Below, piece after piece: positions 18,355-28,850 of a DNA stretch of 64,000 bases; the stretch's first letter is position 1; each line of letters starts with the position of its first letter. The position numbers were made by a program, and so were the translations under genes. This stretch comes from Bacteroidales bacterium (GTDB lineage: Bacteria; Bacteroidota; Bacteroidia; Bacteroidales; P3): positions 1,847 through 65,846 of the forward strand of contig CAAGNU010000113.1 in assembly GCA_900771365.1 (NCBI GenBank), given 5' to 3'. A model generated the notes under the pieces. That model saw only the letters and a list, made by a program, of their open reading frames with translations. It had not been told where the DNA came from and ran no database searches.

Positions 18355-19263
18355 ATGAAAAAAATCGTATTAATTGCCGCTGTGGCTATGATTACATTGG
18401 CCATGTCCGCATGTAGCAACAACTTCAAAAAAGCCGAAAATGGTTTGTTGTACCGCTTTGAGACCGTCAATCCTGATGGTGCTCAGCCCGTCCCTGGCGA
18501 CATCATCGTTGGCGAACTTGTTCTCCGCCTTGAGGATGACACGCTTTTCACAAATGTCGGAAACCCTGACAAAATCTTCAAGGTTGCTGAGAACTGCATG
18601 TTCAAAGGCGACTTCCAAGAAGGTCTCCTGATGATGCACGAAGGCGACAAGGCTATCTTCAAAGTTCCTGCCGACTCTGTTGCAAAACTGATGGATCCCA
18701 GCCAGATGCCTCCTTCATACAAATTGGGTGAAGGCCAGTTCTTCTACTATGAGATCAACCTCACCGATATCGTGACTGCTGAAGACCTCGCTCAGGAACA
18801 GGCCAACTTCATGAAAGAGATGGAGCAGCGCAAGGCAGAAGAGCCCGAATCTTTGGCTAAATACATCGCTGATAACAACATCACCGCAAAGCCCACTAAG
18901 TCTGGCCTTTACATCATCGTCAACAAGAAAGGTGATGGTGCTAAGGTTGCTAACGGCAAGCAGGTTTCCGTCAACTACACTGGCCGACTCCTTGATGGCA
19001 CCCTTTTCGACACCAGCCGCGAAGCTGATGCAAAAGCTGCCAACAAAGTTCAGCCGGGTCGCACTTACGAGCCCATGACCTACACCGTGGGCGCTCAGCC
19101 CATGATCAAGGGTTGGGACGAAGGCATTATGGGTCAGACCGCAGGTAGCGAGATTACCCTTGTCATGCCCTCCGAACTTGCTTATGGCGATCGTGGTGCC
19201 GGCAAAGACATCCTCCCCTACTCACCCCTCGTTTTCAACATCACTATCGAATCTGTTGAATAA
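18355..19263 (+). CDS. fkpA: FKBP-type peptidyl-prolyl cis-trans isomerase (FkpA-like)
   Basis: 302 aa. It has a signal peptide and a C-terminal FKBP domain (KQVSVNYTGRLLDGTLFDTS…GWDEGIMGQTAGSEITLVMPSELAYGDRGAG…SPLVFNITIESV). Confidence 0.85.
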   Translation: MKKIVLIAAVAMITLAMSACSNNFKKAENGLLYRFETVNPDGAQPVPGDIIVGELVLRLEDDTLFTNVGNPDKIFKVAENCMFKGDFQEGLLMMHEGDKAIFKVPADSVAKLMDPSQMPPSYKLGEGQFFYYEINLTDIVTAEDLAQEQANFMKEMEQRKAEEPESLAKYIADNNITAKPTKSGLYIIVNKKGDGAKVANGKQVSVNYTGRLLDGTLFDTSREADAKAANKVQPGRTYEPMTYTVGAQPMIKGWDEGIMGQTAGSEITLVMPSELAYGDRGAGKDILPYSPLVFNITIESVE

Positions 19264-19357
19264 CAAATAATCCACAGACATCAGACGGTTCTTGCACCTA
19301 TACAGCAACCCGCCTGATGTCTTTTTCTAAATACTACTGATATACTATTGATTTACT

Positions 19358-19921
19358 ATGAAGAACATTGTTATTTTCGGTGCTCCCGGAGCCGGAAAAG
19401 GCACTCAGAGCGATTTTATCGTTGAAAAATTCGGTCTTACCCACATCTCTACCGGCGATCTCCTCCGCAAAGAAATTGCAGACCAAACCGAACTCGGCAA
19501 ACGTATCAAAGGCATCATGGACGCTGGCCAACTCGTTAGCGACGACATCGTTATCGAAATGATTGACAACGCTATCGCACGCGACAGCAAGGGCATCCTT
19601 TTCGACGGATTCCCCCGCAATGTTGCCCAAGCCGAGGTACTTGACAAACTCTTAGCCAAGCACGGCCGCACACTTACTTGCATGGTACGCCTCGATGTTC
19701 CTCGCGAAGAACTCATCCATCGTATGCTTGAGCGTGCTAAAGTTAGCGGCCGCAGCGATGATAACGAAGAAACCATCAAAAACCGTCTCGTCGAATACGA
19801 AAACAAGACCCTCCCCGTGGCTGAATACTACGGCAATCAGGGCAAAGAGGTGAAAATTAACGGTCTCGGAGACATCAAACGCATCTCCGAGGATATCGCC
19901 AAAGCGATTGAAGCCTTATAA
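19358..19921 (+). CDS. adk: adenylate kinase
   Basis: 187 aa. It carries the P-loop IFGAPGAGKGTQ, an NMP-binding region and a short LID. Confidence 0.95.
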   Translation: MKNIVIFGAPGAGKGTQSDFIVEKFGLTHISTGDLLRKEIADQTELGKRIKGIMDAGQLVSDDIVIEMIDNAIARDSKGILFDGFPRNVAQAEVLDKLLAKHGRTLTCMVRLDVPREELIHRMLERAKVSGRSDDNEETIKNRLVEYENKTLPVAEYYGNQGKEVKINGLGDIKRISEDIAKAIEAL

Positions 19922-20016
19922 TAGCCTTTATATAAAAGAAAGTTCTAGTACATCTGCCTAAACTGGATGTCTAGAACTTTCTATTACACTAAAACGAACA
20001 AAAAAAACGCATAGAA

Positions 20017-21021
20017 ATGACCTCCAATTTTGTAGACTACGTCAAAATCTTTGTCCGTTCGGGCAAGGGCGGAGCAGGTTCTGCCCACCTCCTTCGAGTA
20101 AAATATAACGCAAAGGCTGGCCCTGATGGCGGAGACGGAGGTCGTGGCGGACATGTCATTTTGAGAGGCAACAGCCAACGTTGGACGCTGCTCCACCTCA
20201 AATATACCAAGCATGTCTTTGCTGAAGACGGTCAACACGGAGGTGAGAACCTGTGTACTGGACGCACGGGAGCCGACCAGATTCTCGATGTCCCGCTGGG
20301 CTGCATCTGCCGAGATGCCGAGACTGGCGAAATCCTCGGAGAAGTGACAGAAGACCAGCAGCAGGTCATTATTGCAAAAGGCGGTCGCGGAGGCCTCGGA
20401 AACGACCATTTCAAATCACCCACCAATCAAACACCCCGCTATGCTCAGCCAGGCGAGCCTGCCGAGGAACGATGGATTATCATAGAGCTAAAAGTACTCG
20501 CCGACGTGGGGCTTGTAGGATTCCCTAATGCAGGAAAGTCCACATTCCTCAGCGTAGTATCGGCAGCAAAGCCCGAGATTGCCAATTATCCTTTCACCAC
20601 CCTTGTGCCCAACCTGGGCATAGTGAAATACCGTGACGACCAATCGTACTGTATCGCAGACATACCTGGCATCATCGAAGGTGCTAGCGAGGGCAAAGGC
20701 CTCGGCCTCAGATTTCTACGCCATATCGAACGCAACTCCATCCTTTTATTCATGGTCAGCTGCGAACAACTCGACATTGCCCATGAATACAGCATCTTAT
20801 TAGAAGAACTGCGGAAATACAACCCCGAGCTACTCGACAAAGAGCGCATCCTCGCTATCACAAAATGTGACATCCTCGATGATGTGATGATGGAACAGCT
20901 CAAACAGCATCTGCCTCAGAATGTCGAAACCATCTTCATCTCTGCTGTCTCGGGACTGCATATCACGGAATTGAAAGACCTCATCTTCTCCAAACTCAAC
21001 AAACCCGCAATAGCCGAATAG
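20017..21021 (+). CDS. obg: GTPase Obg/CgtA
   Basis: 334 aa. The Obg-fold Gly-rich N-terminus ([23 protein letters not shown]…[12 protein letters not shown]) and the GTPase motifs GFPNAGKST and DIPG are present. Confidence 0.9.
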   Translation: MTSNFVDYVKIFVRSGKGGAGSAHLLRVKYNAKAGPDGGDGGRGGHVILRGNSQRWTLLHLKYTKHVFAEDGQHGGENLCTGRTGADQILDVPLGCICRDAETGEILGEVTEDQQQVIIAKGGRGGLGNDHFKSPTNQTPRYAQPGEPAEERWIIIELKVLADVGLVGFPNAGKSTFLSVVSAAKPEIANYPFTTLVPNLGIVKYRDDQSYCIADIPGIIEGASEGKGLGLRFLRHIERNSILLFMVSCEQLDIAHEYSILLEELRKYNPELLDKERILAITKCDILDDVMMEQLKQHLPQNVETIFISAVSGLHITELKDLIFSKLNKPAIAE

Positions 21022-21022
21022 C

Positions 21023-21652
21023 ATGGAACAAATCGACACTCAGCTCTTCTACTGGATAAACCAGCACCACTGTAGCCTAACAGATTGGATGCTGTGGGGC
21101 TTCAGTCAAAGCTGGTCTTGGGCGATTGTTCTCATCTTGGCGTTCTGCTTTACCACCCTCAGACGGGAGCCTAGTAATTGGTGGCTTGTATTGCTGGGTA
21201 TCGTGCTGTGCTTCCTGCTATCCGATAGGATATCCGTTCTCTGCTTCAAAGATGTATTCTGCCGATTACGGCCTTGCCATGCCTTAGAGCATGTGAGGAT
21301 GTTCAACACAAGTTGCGGAGGCCAGTACGGTTTTGTTTCATCCCATGCCGCAAACGCTTTCTCGTTAGCCCTATTCCTCAGCTTGAGAAATCGCAAAGCC
21401 CTGCGGAAAAGCCGCTTCACCTTTCAGGGTTCCAGCAGTCAAAACCAGAAGACCATCTTCCCCCTGCTCATCTTCCTTTGGGCTCTGATTGTCGGATACT
21501 CTCGCCCCTACCTCGGCAAACATTACCCTGGCGACGTTATCTGCGGCGCTTTGCTGGGAGTCATTATCGGCCTCTTCGTTTTTTATTTCACGAAACTCGT
21601 TGAAAATGTACGCAATAATAGAAATCATAAAAAAATATTTTCAAAAAGATGA
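21023..21652 (+). CDS. PAP2-family phosphatase (membrane)
   Basis: 209 aa, multi-TM. It carries PAP2 motifs (SFVSSHAANAF; SRPYLGKHYPGDVICGA). Confidence 0.8.
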   Translation: MEQIDTQLFYWINQHHCSLTDWMLWGFSQSWSWAIVLILAFCFTTLRREPSNWWLVLLGIVLCFLLSDRISVLCFKDVFCRLRPCHALEHVRMFNTSCGGQYGFVSSHAANAFSLALFLSLRNRKALRKSRFTFQGSSSQNQKTIFPLLIFLWALIVGYSRPYLGKHYPGDVICGALLGVIIGLFVFYFTKLVENVRNNRNHKKIFSKR

Positions 21653-21779
21653 AACAAAATTTCAATAATTGCGTATATATGAATGTGCTTACTTATTTCA
21701 AAGATGTATTTGACGGGACGTCTCCTTATGGGGACGTTCTCGTTTATTATTACCCCTATTAGCAACCTAAATTATAGTT

Positions 21780-22295
21780 ATGAACTTATTAGACATCATT
21801 TTGGCCATTCCCCTTTGCGTGTTCATCTTCAAAGGATGGAAAAGAGGCATTATCTTTGAGCTGGCAGCCTTAGCATGCATCCTCGTAGGAGCCTGGGCCG
21901 CAGGCCATTTCTCAACAGCAGTAGCCGAAGCACTTAACTTAGAAGGTGATGGGGCTGTCCTTATCGCCTTCTTCATCACGTTTTTGGCCGTGATAGTCGG
22001 AACATACTTCCTCGCTAAAGCTGTCGAAGGCGTTATCAAGATTGTCAAGATTAACTTCGTGAACAAACTCCTGGGTGCGGTTCTGGGTATGCTGAAATGT
22101 CTCTGCGTGCTCAGCATCTTCCTAAATTTCATAATTCTTATCGACCGCCAGCAAGTCATCATCACCCCTGAGGCTCAAGCGGAGAGCATCCTTTACAAGC
22201 CCACGCACAAGATTGGCAACAAACTCACCGAGACCCTCGTCAACTATGTTCACGAGAAACGTGTTGAGATAGTCCACGAAAGAGAAAGCAAATAA
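21780..22295 (+). CDS. cvpA: CvpA-family membrane protein
   Basis: 171 aa. The N-terminus MNLLDIILAIPLCVFIFKGWKRGIIFEL matches CvpA. It has four predicted TM segments. Confidence 0.8.
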   Translation: MNLLDIILAIPLCVFIFKGWKRGIIFELAALACILVGAWAAGHFSTAVAEALNLEGDGAVLIAFFITFLAVIVGTYFLAKAVEGVIKIVKINFVNKLLGAVLGMLKCLCVLSIFLNFIILIDRQQVIITPEAQAESILYKPTHKIGNKLTETLVNYVHEKRVEIVHERESK

Positions 22296-22307
22296 AAAGG
22301 AACAAAG

Positions 22308-23270
22308 ATGCTGATACTGGCTCCGATGCAAGGCCTCACAGAACTGATGTTCCGGAAAGTATACGAACAATGCTTCCCCGGGGCATTAGACCTCGCCATA
22401 TCGCCATTCCTCTCCCTAACTCACGGCAATCTGGCTGATGCGTGGAAGAAGATTGACGATGTGATACCCGAGGACAACATCGGATCCATCCCCGTAATCC
22501 CGCAAATCCTCGGAAAAGAACCTGTAGAATTTGTCGACCTAGCCAACAGGCTATACGATGTCGGATACCATGAAATCAATTGGAACATAGGCTGTCCCAT
22601 GAGGCGCGTGGCCGCCAAACATCGAGGAAGCGGCATTCTCCCCTACCCCGATGAGGTGCGCGAGATTCTTGAATATGTAGTGCCTCGGATAAAAGCCTCT
22701 TTAAGCGTTAAAATGAGACTCGGGTACCACAGTTCCGAAGAAATCTTCTCGCTCATCCCCATCCTCAACGACTACCCGCTTGCCAATATCACCATCCACC
22801 CAAGGACTGGAAAGCAGCAATATGGCGGACAAGTCGACTTGGACACGTTTGAACAAGCAGCATCCCTAATAAAGCACAAAGTCAATTATAACGGCGATAT
22901 ATGCACTCTTTCGGATTATGAGCGGATTCATCTTCGCTTCCCTGATATAGAGGACTTTATGATTGGTCGTGGCGTGCTTTTCGACCCACTTCTACCTTTG
23001 CGGATCAAAGGAACAGCTTTCGATAGAAAGAGCAGTTTGGAGGCAGCACGGCTCTTTATCACCGCCCTTCTCGCAGCCATCAACAAGCGCCCCGTTCCCG
23101 AAGTGAGCAAGATGCGGAAAACCAAGGAATACTGGTGCCTCCTCCGTCGAAGCCTTCCCATCACAGAACTGCAATCCTTGGTCGTACTTCATGCCGAGAC
23201 CCCGCAAAGCACCCAAGAGAAGATTCTGCGGCTGCTTGAAGATGCGGAAAAAGCAAACGCAGAAGACTAG
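22308..23270 (+). CDS. dus: tRNA-dihydrouridine synthase (Dus family)
   Basis: 320 aa. It has a TIM-barrel FMN enzyme signature (LAPMQGLTE…EINWNIGCPMRRVAAKHRGSGIL). Confidence 0.85.
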   Translation: MLILAPMQGLTELMFRKVYEQCFPGALDLAISPFLSLTHGNLADAWKKIDDVIPEDNIGSIPVIPQILGKEPVEFVDLANRLYDVGYHEINWNIGCPMRRVAAKHRGSGILPYPDEVREILEYVVPRIKASLSVKMRLGYHSSEEIFSLIPILNDYPLANITIHPRTGKQQYGGQVDLDTFEQAASLIKHKVNYNGDICTLSDYERIHLRFPDIEDFMIGRGVLFDPLLPLRIKGTAFDRKSSLEAARLFITALLAAINKRPVPEVSKMRKTKEYWCLLRRSLPITELQSLVVLHAETPQSTQEKILRLLEDAEKANAED

Positions 23271-23480
23271 TTGACAACTGAAATGGCTTCGAAGCAGCTT
23301 CGCTCTTCCTTCGCCCAACCTTCGCCCAGAAAGAGGTTATACGGCACACGAAAACGGCATCACATCAAAAACACAAAGAAGGAAGGAAACGACAAAGCCT
23401 CCAACATGGAACAGATGAATAGAAACATAAAAAAAATTTAATAAATATATAATAAAAAAACAAATTTCTCGTTACTAAAA

Positions 23481-24482
23481 GTGATGAAACATTATAAAGT
23501 ACTATTTATCATTCTCCTATCTGCACTGTTTGCGTTCCCGGGATGCAAACATAATACTGATGTAGACAAAATGTCTCCTGAAGAGATTCTTAATGTCCTC
23601 GATATCAAAATCCATAAGAATCCCAAGAACGACCAATTGTACTACGACCGTGCAAAAGTCTACCTCGAACTCAATCGCGTGAACGACGCCATCGCCGACC
23701 TCTCCCGTGCTATTGCCTTGAATAAGAACGAAAAGGACTACCAGATGCTCCTTGGCGACGCCTATTTCAAAAATCATAATATGGAAGGCAGCTCTAAGGC
23801 CTTCAGAAAGGTTCTCGACATGGACCCCGACAACCAAGAGGCCTATCTGAAACTCGGCGAAATCTCATACTACAGCCACGACTATGACCGCGCCATGGAG
23901 ACGCTGAGCAAGGTTACCGAGAAAGACCCCATGAACCGTACCGCCTTGTTCATGAAGAGCTTTATCTACAAGGAGACAGGCGACACAGCAAACGCCATCA
24001 TCCTGCTCCGCAAAGTCTGCGACTACTATCCCGAATTTGCCGATGCTTTTGAAGAGCTCGGCACGCTGTATGTCAACCACCACGACCCTCTGGGAATTGA
24101 TTACCTCAACACCGTAATCCGCCTCAAACCCAAGAGTACCAACGCTCGCTACAACATCGCCATGTTCTACCAAGAGACGGGCGACATCAAGAAGGCCGAG
24201 GAATACTACAAGCAGATTCTCGACATTGATAGCGGACACAAATATGCCTGGCACAATCGCGGCTATATCCAGATGTTCGCCTATAGCAACTTTGCCGAAG
24301 CAGCCGAATATTTCACCAAGGCCATCCAATGCGACAGCAACTTCATAGAGGCCTGGACCAACCGCGGCTATGCCTACGAGCTCAACGGCGAAAAAGCCAA
24401 AGCCCACCAAGACTACACCACGGCTGTGAACCTCGACGGCACATACTCCCAAGCCCTCGAAGGATTTGAAAGAACTAGATAA
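23481..24482 (+). CDS. tetratricopeptide-repeat lipoprotein
   Basis: 333 aa. It has a lipobox (AFPGC) followed by multiple 34-aa TPR-like repeats (…AYLKLGEISYYSHDYDRAME…). Confidence 0.75.
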   Translation: MMKHYKVLFIILLSALFAFPGCKHNTDVDKMSPEEILNVLDIKIHKNPKNDQLYYDRAKVYLELNRVNDAIADLSRAIALNKNEKDYQMLLGDAYFKNHNMEGSSKAFRKVLDMDPDNQEAYLKLGEISYYSHDYDRAMETLSKVTEKDPMNRTALFMKSFIYKETGDTANAIILLRKVCDYYPEFADAFEELGTLYVNHHDPLGIDYLNTVIRLKPKSTNARYNIAMFYQETGDIKKAEEYYKQILDIDSGHKYAWHNRGYIQMFAYSNFAEAAEYFTKAIQCDSNFIEAWTNRGYAYELNGEKAKAHQDYTTAVNLDGTYSQALEGFERTR

Positions 24483-24512
24483 TACATAGTAACAAATTAA
24501 AAATCTATATAT

Positions 24513-25430
24513 ATGAGCACACTTAAAGGACGCAATCTTATCTCCATCACCGACTTCTCCAAGGAGGAGTATATTGAGGTGCTGGACATTGCTGAAGGTT
24601 TTGAAAAGAACCCTAAGCAGTGCATTCTCAGCGACAAAGTTGTCGCAACCCTTTTCTTCGAACCCTCAACACGTACACGACTGAGCTTCGAAAGTGCAGC
24701 CAACCAGCTTGGCGCCCGCATTATTGGCTTTAGCGACCCCGGCGGAACTAGCGTCCAGAAAGGCGAGTCCCTGCACGACACCATCGTGATGGTCTCAAGC
24801 TATGCCGACCTTATCGTTATGCGTAACCCTAAAGAAGGCTCATCCCGCTATGCATCCGAAGTCGCCACCGTGCCCGTCATCAATGCCGGAGATGGTGCCA
24901 ACCAGCACCCCACACAGTGTATGCTCGACCTGTACTCTATCCGCAAGACTCAAGGCACTCTGGAAAACTTGAACATCGCTATGGTGGGCGACCTCAAATA
25001 CGGCCGCACAGTCCATTCCCTCGTCCAGGCCATGTGCAACTTCAACGCCACCTTCCACCTCGTCTCTCCCGAAGAGCTCAAACTGCCCTCGTCCGTGAAG
25101 ATGAGCATCAAGGATGCCGGCTTGAAATATTATCAGTACACCGATATCAACAGCGTCATCCCCACAGCAGACATCATATACATGACCCGCGTACAGCGCG
25201 AGCGCTTCCCTGATCCTCTGGAATACGAGCGCGTGAAAGACAGCTGCATCCTCACTGCTTCCATGCTCCAAGGCTGCAAGCCCAACATGCGCATCCTCCA
25301 CCCCCTGCCCCGCGTAAACGAAATCACGATGGATGTCGACAATACGCCCTACGCCTACTATTTCCGCCAGGCCCAGAACGGCGTCTATGTCCGCCAGGCA
25401 CTCATGGCCGCCATCCTCGGTGCTAAATAA
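24513..25430 (+). CDS. pyrB: aspartate carbamoyltransferase catalytic subunit
   Basis: 305 aa. It carries the STRTR carbamoyl-phosphate binding motif ([13 protein letters not shown]) and the HPLP motif. Confidence 0.95.
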   Translation: MSTLKGRNLISITDFSKEEYIEVLDIAEGFEKNPKQCILSDKVVATLFFEPSTRTRLSFESAANQLGARIIGFSDPGGTSVQKGESLHDTIVMVSSYADLIVMRNPKEGSSRYASEVATVPVINAGDGANQHPTQCMLDLYSIRKTQGTLENLNIAMVGDLKYGRTVHSLVQAMCNFNATFHLVSPEELKLPSSVKMSIKDAGLKYYQYTDINSVIPTADIIYMTRVQRERFPDPLEYERVKDSCILTASMLQGCKPNMRILHPLPRVNEITMDVDNTPYAYYFRQAQNGVYVRQALMAAILGAK

Positions 25431-25455
25431 TATATAAATTAATAATTTCATCATC

Positions 25456-25917
25456 ATGGAAAACAAGAAAGAACTCGTTGTCTCTGCCATCGAAAACGGC
25501 ACAGTCATAGATCATATCCCCACAGAGGCCGTCTATCAGGTCATCCATATCCTCAACCTCGAAGACTATAAGGACGAGGTTCTCATCGGCAACTACCTCG
25601 AAAGCGGCAAACTGGGCCGCAAAGGCATCATTAAAATCAAGAACAAGCACTTTACTAAGGAAGAGGTGAGCAAAGTGGCCCTCGTGGCTCCTTTCGTAAC
25701 CATCATCACCATCCAGGACTACAAGGTTATTGAGAAGTTCGCCACCGAGATTCCCGACCATATCGAGAATTTTGTGAAATGTGCCAACCCCAAGTGCATC
25801 ACTAACGCCGAAGCAGTCCCCACCAAGTTCGACGTTGTTGATAAGGAGAACCTCAAACTTCGCTGCCACTACTGCGAAAAGTTCACCACCAAGGAGACCA
25901 TCCATTTCAACAAATAA
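25456..25917 (+). CDS. pyrI: aspartate carbamoyltransferase regulatory subunit
   Basis: 153 aa. The C-terminal zinc domain is CANPKCI…CHYCE. The gene lies immediately downstream of pyrB. Confidence 0.9.
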   Translation: MENKKELVVSAIENGTVIDHIPTEAVYQVIHILNLEDYKDEVLIGNYLESGKLGRKGIIKIKNKHFTKEEVSKVALVAPFVTIITIQDYKVIEKFATEIPDHIENFVKCANPKCITNAEAVPTKFDVVDKENLKLRCHYCEKFTTKETIHFNK

Positions 25918-26040
25918 AAGGCTGCGGAAGGCCGCCAAAACAGCCTTTCAGGCCAACATTAACAAGGAGAGCTGCAAAAGCCCTCCTTGTTAATTAAAAA
26001 AAAGAGCGGCTCCCGCCCCAATTCTCAATTCTCAATTATT

Positions 26041-26415
26041 ATGAAACGTTATTACATCGCACTCATAGCACTCACAGCCGTGCTGATATTGGCAAGTTTC
26101 TGCACCCTTTGGTTCGGAGGAGACGCCTTCCAAACCGTACTGCCATTCCTGCCCCTGTACTTTGGTATTATTACAGGACTCCAGCACTACGCCATTAATA
26201 AGAGCTTCTACAAAGACCCCCGAACCTTCGTCAAGAACTTCCTCGGCCTGACTGTCGGCTCTTTGTTCCTCCACCTCATCGTCCTGTTTATCTGGGCCTT
26301 CACCCACGCCGCTACAGCCAAGATATTCATCCTCGCCTTCGGCATCTGCTACGTCGCCTACCTTGTGTTTGAGACCATCGCCCTTATTCTCTTAGTCAAG
26401 AGCAAGCAGAAATAA
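26041..26415 (+). CDS. hypothetical small membrane protein
   Basis: About 124 aa from the internal Met (MKRYYIALIAL…). It has four hydrophobic segments. The upstream 18 codons of the track ORF are unlikely to be translated. Confidence 0.45.
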   Translation: MKRYYIALIALTAVLILASFCTLWFGGDAFQTVLPFLPLYFGIITGLQHYAINKSFYKDPRTFVKNFLGLTVGSLFLHLIVLFIWAFTHAATAKIFILAFGICYVAYLVFETIALILLVKSKQK

Positions 26416-26468
26416 CCCTCGAAACACCCTATTCGATTCATTCGACTGCATACAGATTATTCCCCAAG

Positions 26469-26504
26469 AACGCTCCTAAGCATAGAAACTTAGGAGCGTT
26501 TTGC
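26469..26504 (+). terminator. putative terminator hairpin
   Basis: Perfect 12-bp inverted repeat AACGCTCCTAAG / CTTAGGAGCGTT with an 8-nt loop. Only a short T tract follows. Confidence 0.4.
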
Positions 26505-26787
26505 AATCTATCGTTGTTGCAGATTTACAAATTCGAGGCAACTTTTACTTCAACTTGAGACTACTCGCTCTCCATGACTTCAAATTCACCCAGCCTTACC
26601 TAAGCAATTTTGTGATGACCCCCAAATGAGCGGAGGCTGGGTGGAATTTCCTCGAAGTTGTTTTGAGAATCGAATGAATCGAACGAGTCGAACGAGGGCA
26701 ACCTCAGAATTACAAGAAAAGAAGCATGTCAGCCGGCCATCATTTATCGAGAGATTGCAGCAACTTCGGCGAGGCTCCTCGGAACCC

Positions 26788-26910
26788 TCGTTTTAACATT
26801 TCCCATGCTCCACCCTGCGAGCGAAGGTGGAGCGAAGGTACAGCGAAGGTACAGCGGAACTTCACTGGACCATTTTACCCTCCTAAAACACTCCGATTTT
26901 AACATTTCAA
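26788..26910 (+). repeat. About 120-bp intergenic repeat element, copy 2
   Basis: The terminal 12-mer TTTTAACATTTC occurs at 26790 and 26897. It contains the hairpin GCTCCACCCTGCGAGCGAAGGTGGAGC and a tandem CGAAGGTACAG x2. It is homologous to the reverse complement of 12427-12548. Confidence 0.5.
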
Positions 26911-27036
26911 AAAGCGAGAGCAGCGTCAAAGAAAAATCCCCTTGGCCAGAGCCTTGGGGATTTTTTATGTGTATTATGAAGCGTGAATTGTGGGATATGA
27001 CAACCTATTCACTTCTCATATTTCTCAGTTGGGAAA

Positions 27037-28497
27037 CTATTCGCTGCAGAGCTTACGGTAGACGGGACCTTGCGGGGTCTGTAGCTCTACGAAATAGAGG
27101 CCGGAGGTGGGAAGCACGAGGCGATGCTGGCTTCCACTAATGGGGCAATCCTGCAGCAAGCGGCCTTCGACAGAGTAGAGACGGAGGTGGGAAACGGGAA
27201 CATCGGCGAAATCGATAGTGCAGATGCCGTGCGAAGGATTGGGATAGAGGCGGATTTGGTCTGCATAGGCCGACTGGACGCCTTCGGGGTCGTCGGGGTG
27301 GACAGGGATGGTATCGGTTGTAAAGGTTGCGTAGACCCACGAGCCTTCAGATTCCGCACAGATGGAGCGGACATAGCAGTCGTAGGCCGTGCCGGGGTCG
27401 AGGTTGATGAGCCAGGCGGAGCTGTCCGAGACGGTGGTCAGCGTGCCCCTGCCTTGGGTGAATCCGCTCTCGCCGTATTCTATTTCCCAGCTGCTGGGCA
27501 CAGCGGTGTTGTTCCAAGTGAGGTGTGCCATAGAGGTTGTGACCTCAGGGACGGCGAGGTTGTAGACGCGCCCGCAGGTGTCGATTTCATGGAACAGCAC
27601 AAGGCTGTCGATATAGAGGCGGGAGCCTCTTGCGCGGTACTTGTCGCTTGCGGAAGAGACGATGAAGATGACCAAAGAGTCGGCTTCGGCGTAAGGATAA
27701 TCGGCAGGAAAGAAATCGGTTATCTCGGAATAGTTGAACTCAAAAAGCTCGTAATTGACCGTGTCAGAGAGTTGATGAAGCCTCTTAGAGCCCGCACCTA
27801 CAAGCATACGGCGATGCAAGAGGGTGTCGTAGCGGGTGCCGAGGGCTACGAGCTCGCCGTGGTCGAGCTGGTTGGGTGTGATATACTTGTAATAGCCTCT
27901 GATAAGGGTTGGGGCGAAGCCGTTGAGGGGGATGCCACCCGAGACAAGGTCGTTAATATCGACCGAGTCGACAAGCGGGAGCAGCCAGTCATAGTTCTCG
28001 GTGTCCTGCATGAGTTGCTCAATCATAGGGAGGACGTTGTTGAGGTTGATGGAGCCCGTGGATACGATAGAGGGGAGCACGATGCCTGTGAGCGAGGTGT
28101 CGAGCATCGAGGCTGCGATAGAGTATACCATGGGGTTGAGCACGTCGGAGAAGAGGAACGACTCTGCCACGACGGCCTTGGAGCCCTGAGGTGCATTCAC
28201 GGTGTCTTCCCAAACCTTGGCGAGGGGGATATTTGCATTGATTGGAACATTGAGACCCATATAGGAGAGGGTGTCATCAAAGGTGTATACGGGCACGTTC
28301 CATCCTTGAGGGATAGACATTCCAGAGTTGATGGGGAGGGGGAAAACCATGATGGTCATGGTATCGCCCGGGAGGTACTGCCACTCTTCGAAATTGCCCA
28401 TGGGGACAGGCATCGTGTCATACAACTGTGCTGACGCAGCGGGCATATTGGCCACCATGGCAGTCAGCAAGAACAATGCGGATAGAATCTTTTTCAT
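27037..28497 (-). CDS. T9SS C-terminal-sorting-domain protein with fibronectin-III-like domain
   Basis: Signal peptide MKKILSALFLLTAMVANMPAASA. The internal Fn3-like block is …LTWNNTAVPSSWEIEYGESGF…DCYVRSICAE. The C-terminal about 70 aa (LYPNPSHGICTIDF…LYFVELQTPQGPVYRKL) has the features of a T9SS type-A CTD. The track start at 28557 would read through an upstream repeat, so the start is uncertain. Confidence 0.8.
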   Translation of the reverse strand: MKKILSALFLLTAMVANMPAASAQLYDTMPVPMGNFEEWQYLPGDTMTIMVFPLPINSGMSIPQGWNVPVYTFDDTLSYMGLNVPINANIPLAKVWEDTVNAPQGSKAVVAESFLFSDVLNPMVYSIAASMLDTSLTGIVLPSIVSTGSINLNNVLPMIEQLMQDTENYDWLLPLVDSVDINDLVSGGIPLNGFAPTLIRGYYKYITPNQLDHGELVALGTRYDTLLHRRMLVGAGSKRLHQLSDTVNYELFEFNYSEITDFFPADYPYAEADSLVIFIVSSASDKYRARGSRLYIDSLVLFHEIDTCGRVYNLAVPEVTTSMAHLTWNNTAVPSSWEIEYGESGFTQGRGTLTTVSDSSAWLINLDPGTAYDCYVRSICAESEGSWVYATFTTDTIPVHPDDPEGVQSAYADQIRLYPNPSHGICTIDFADVPVSHLRLYSVEGRLLQDCPISGSQHRLVLPTSGLYFVELQTPQGPVYRKLCSE

Positions 28498-28850
28498 AAT
28501 TAGTAATTTTAGTTTGAGTTGTGAGGAGTTGATTGTGAAATGTGACTGTCTATTCACTTCTCACCACTCACTTCTCACTATTTTTTATGTTAATCAAAAT
28601 GCAAAATTACAACTTTTATTTGATTCACGCAAATAAAAATGACATAGAAAGCCTCGGAGGGTCACACATAAAGGCCTATGCAATGTATATATCTTACACG
28701 ATAACAGCATGTTGAAACAAAATATAGCTGCATGTTCGAGGACATGCAGCCATATCATTATTTTGTGTGAATTGCGAAGAGCAGATTGTGAAATGCGACT
28801 GTCATTCACTTCTCACATGTTTTTTAGTGGTCATCTAAAGCCTTAAGCAG

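Noticed and set aside
21700-21760. GGGACGTCTCC...GGGGACGTTCTC direct or partial inverted repeat after the PAP2 gene
   Set aside because: The stem is imperfect and no T-run follows. It could be a weak terminator, but the evidence is insufficient to call a feature.
26805-27140. 111-aa ORF starting inside the 26.8-kb repeat element
   Set aside because: It begins within the repeat hairpin sequence and runs through a terminator-like region antisense to the T9SS gene end. Best explained as an artefact.
27124-28434. 436-aa plus-strand ORF antisense to the T9SS-CTD gene
   Set aside because: Gly/Asp/Val-rich nonsense. The minus frame has a signal peptide and a C-terminal sorting domain.
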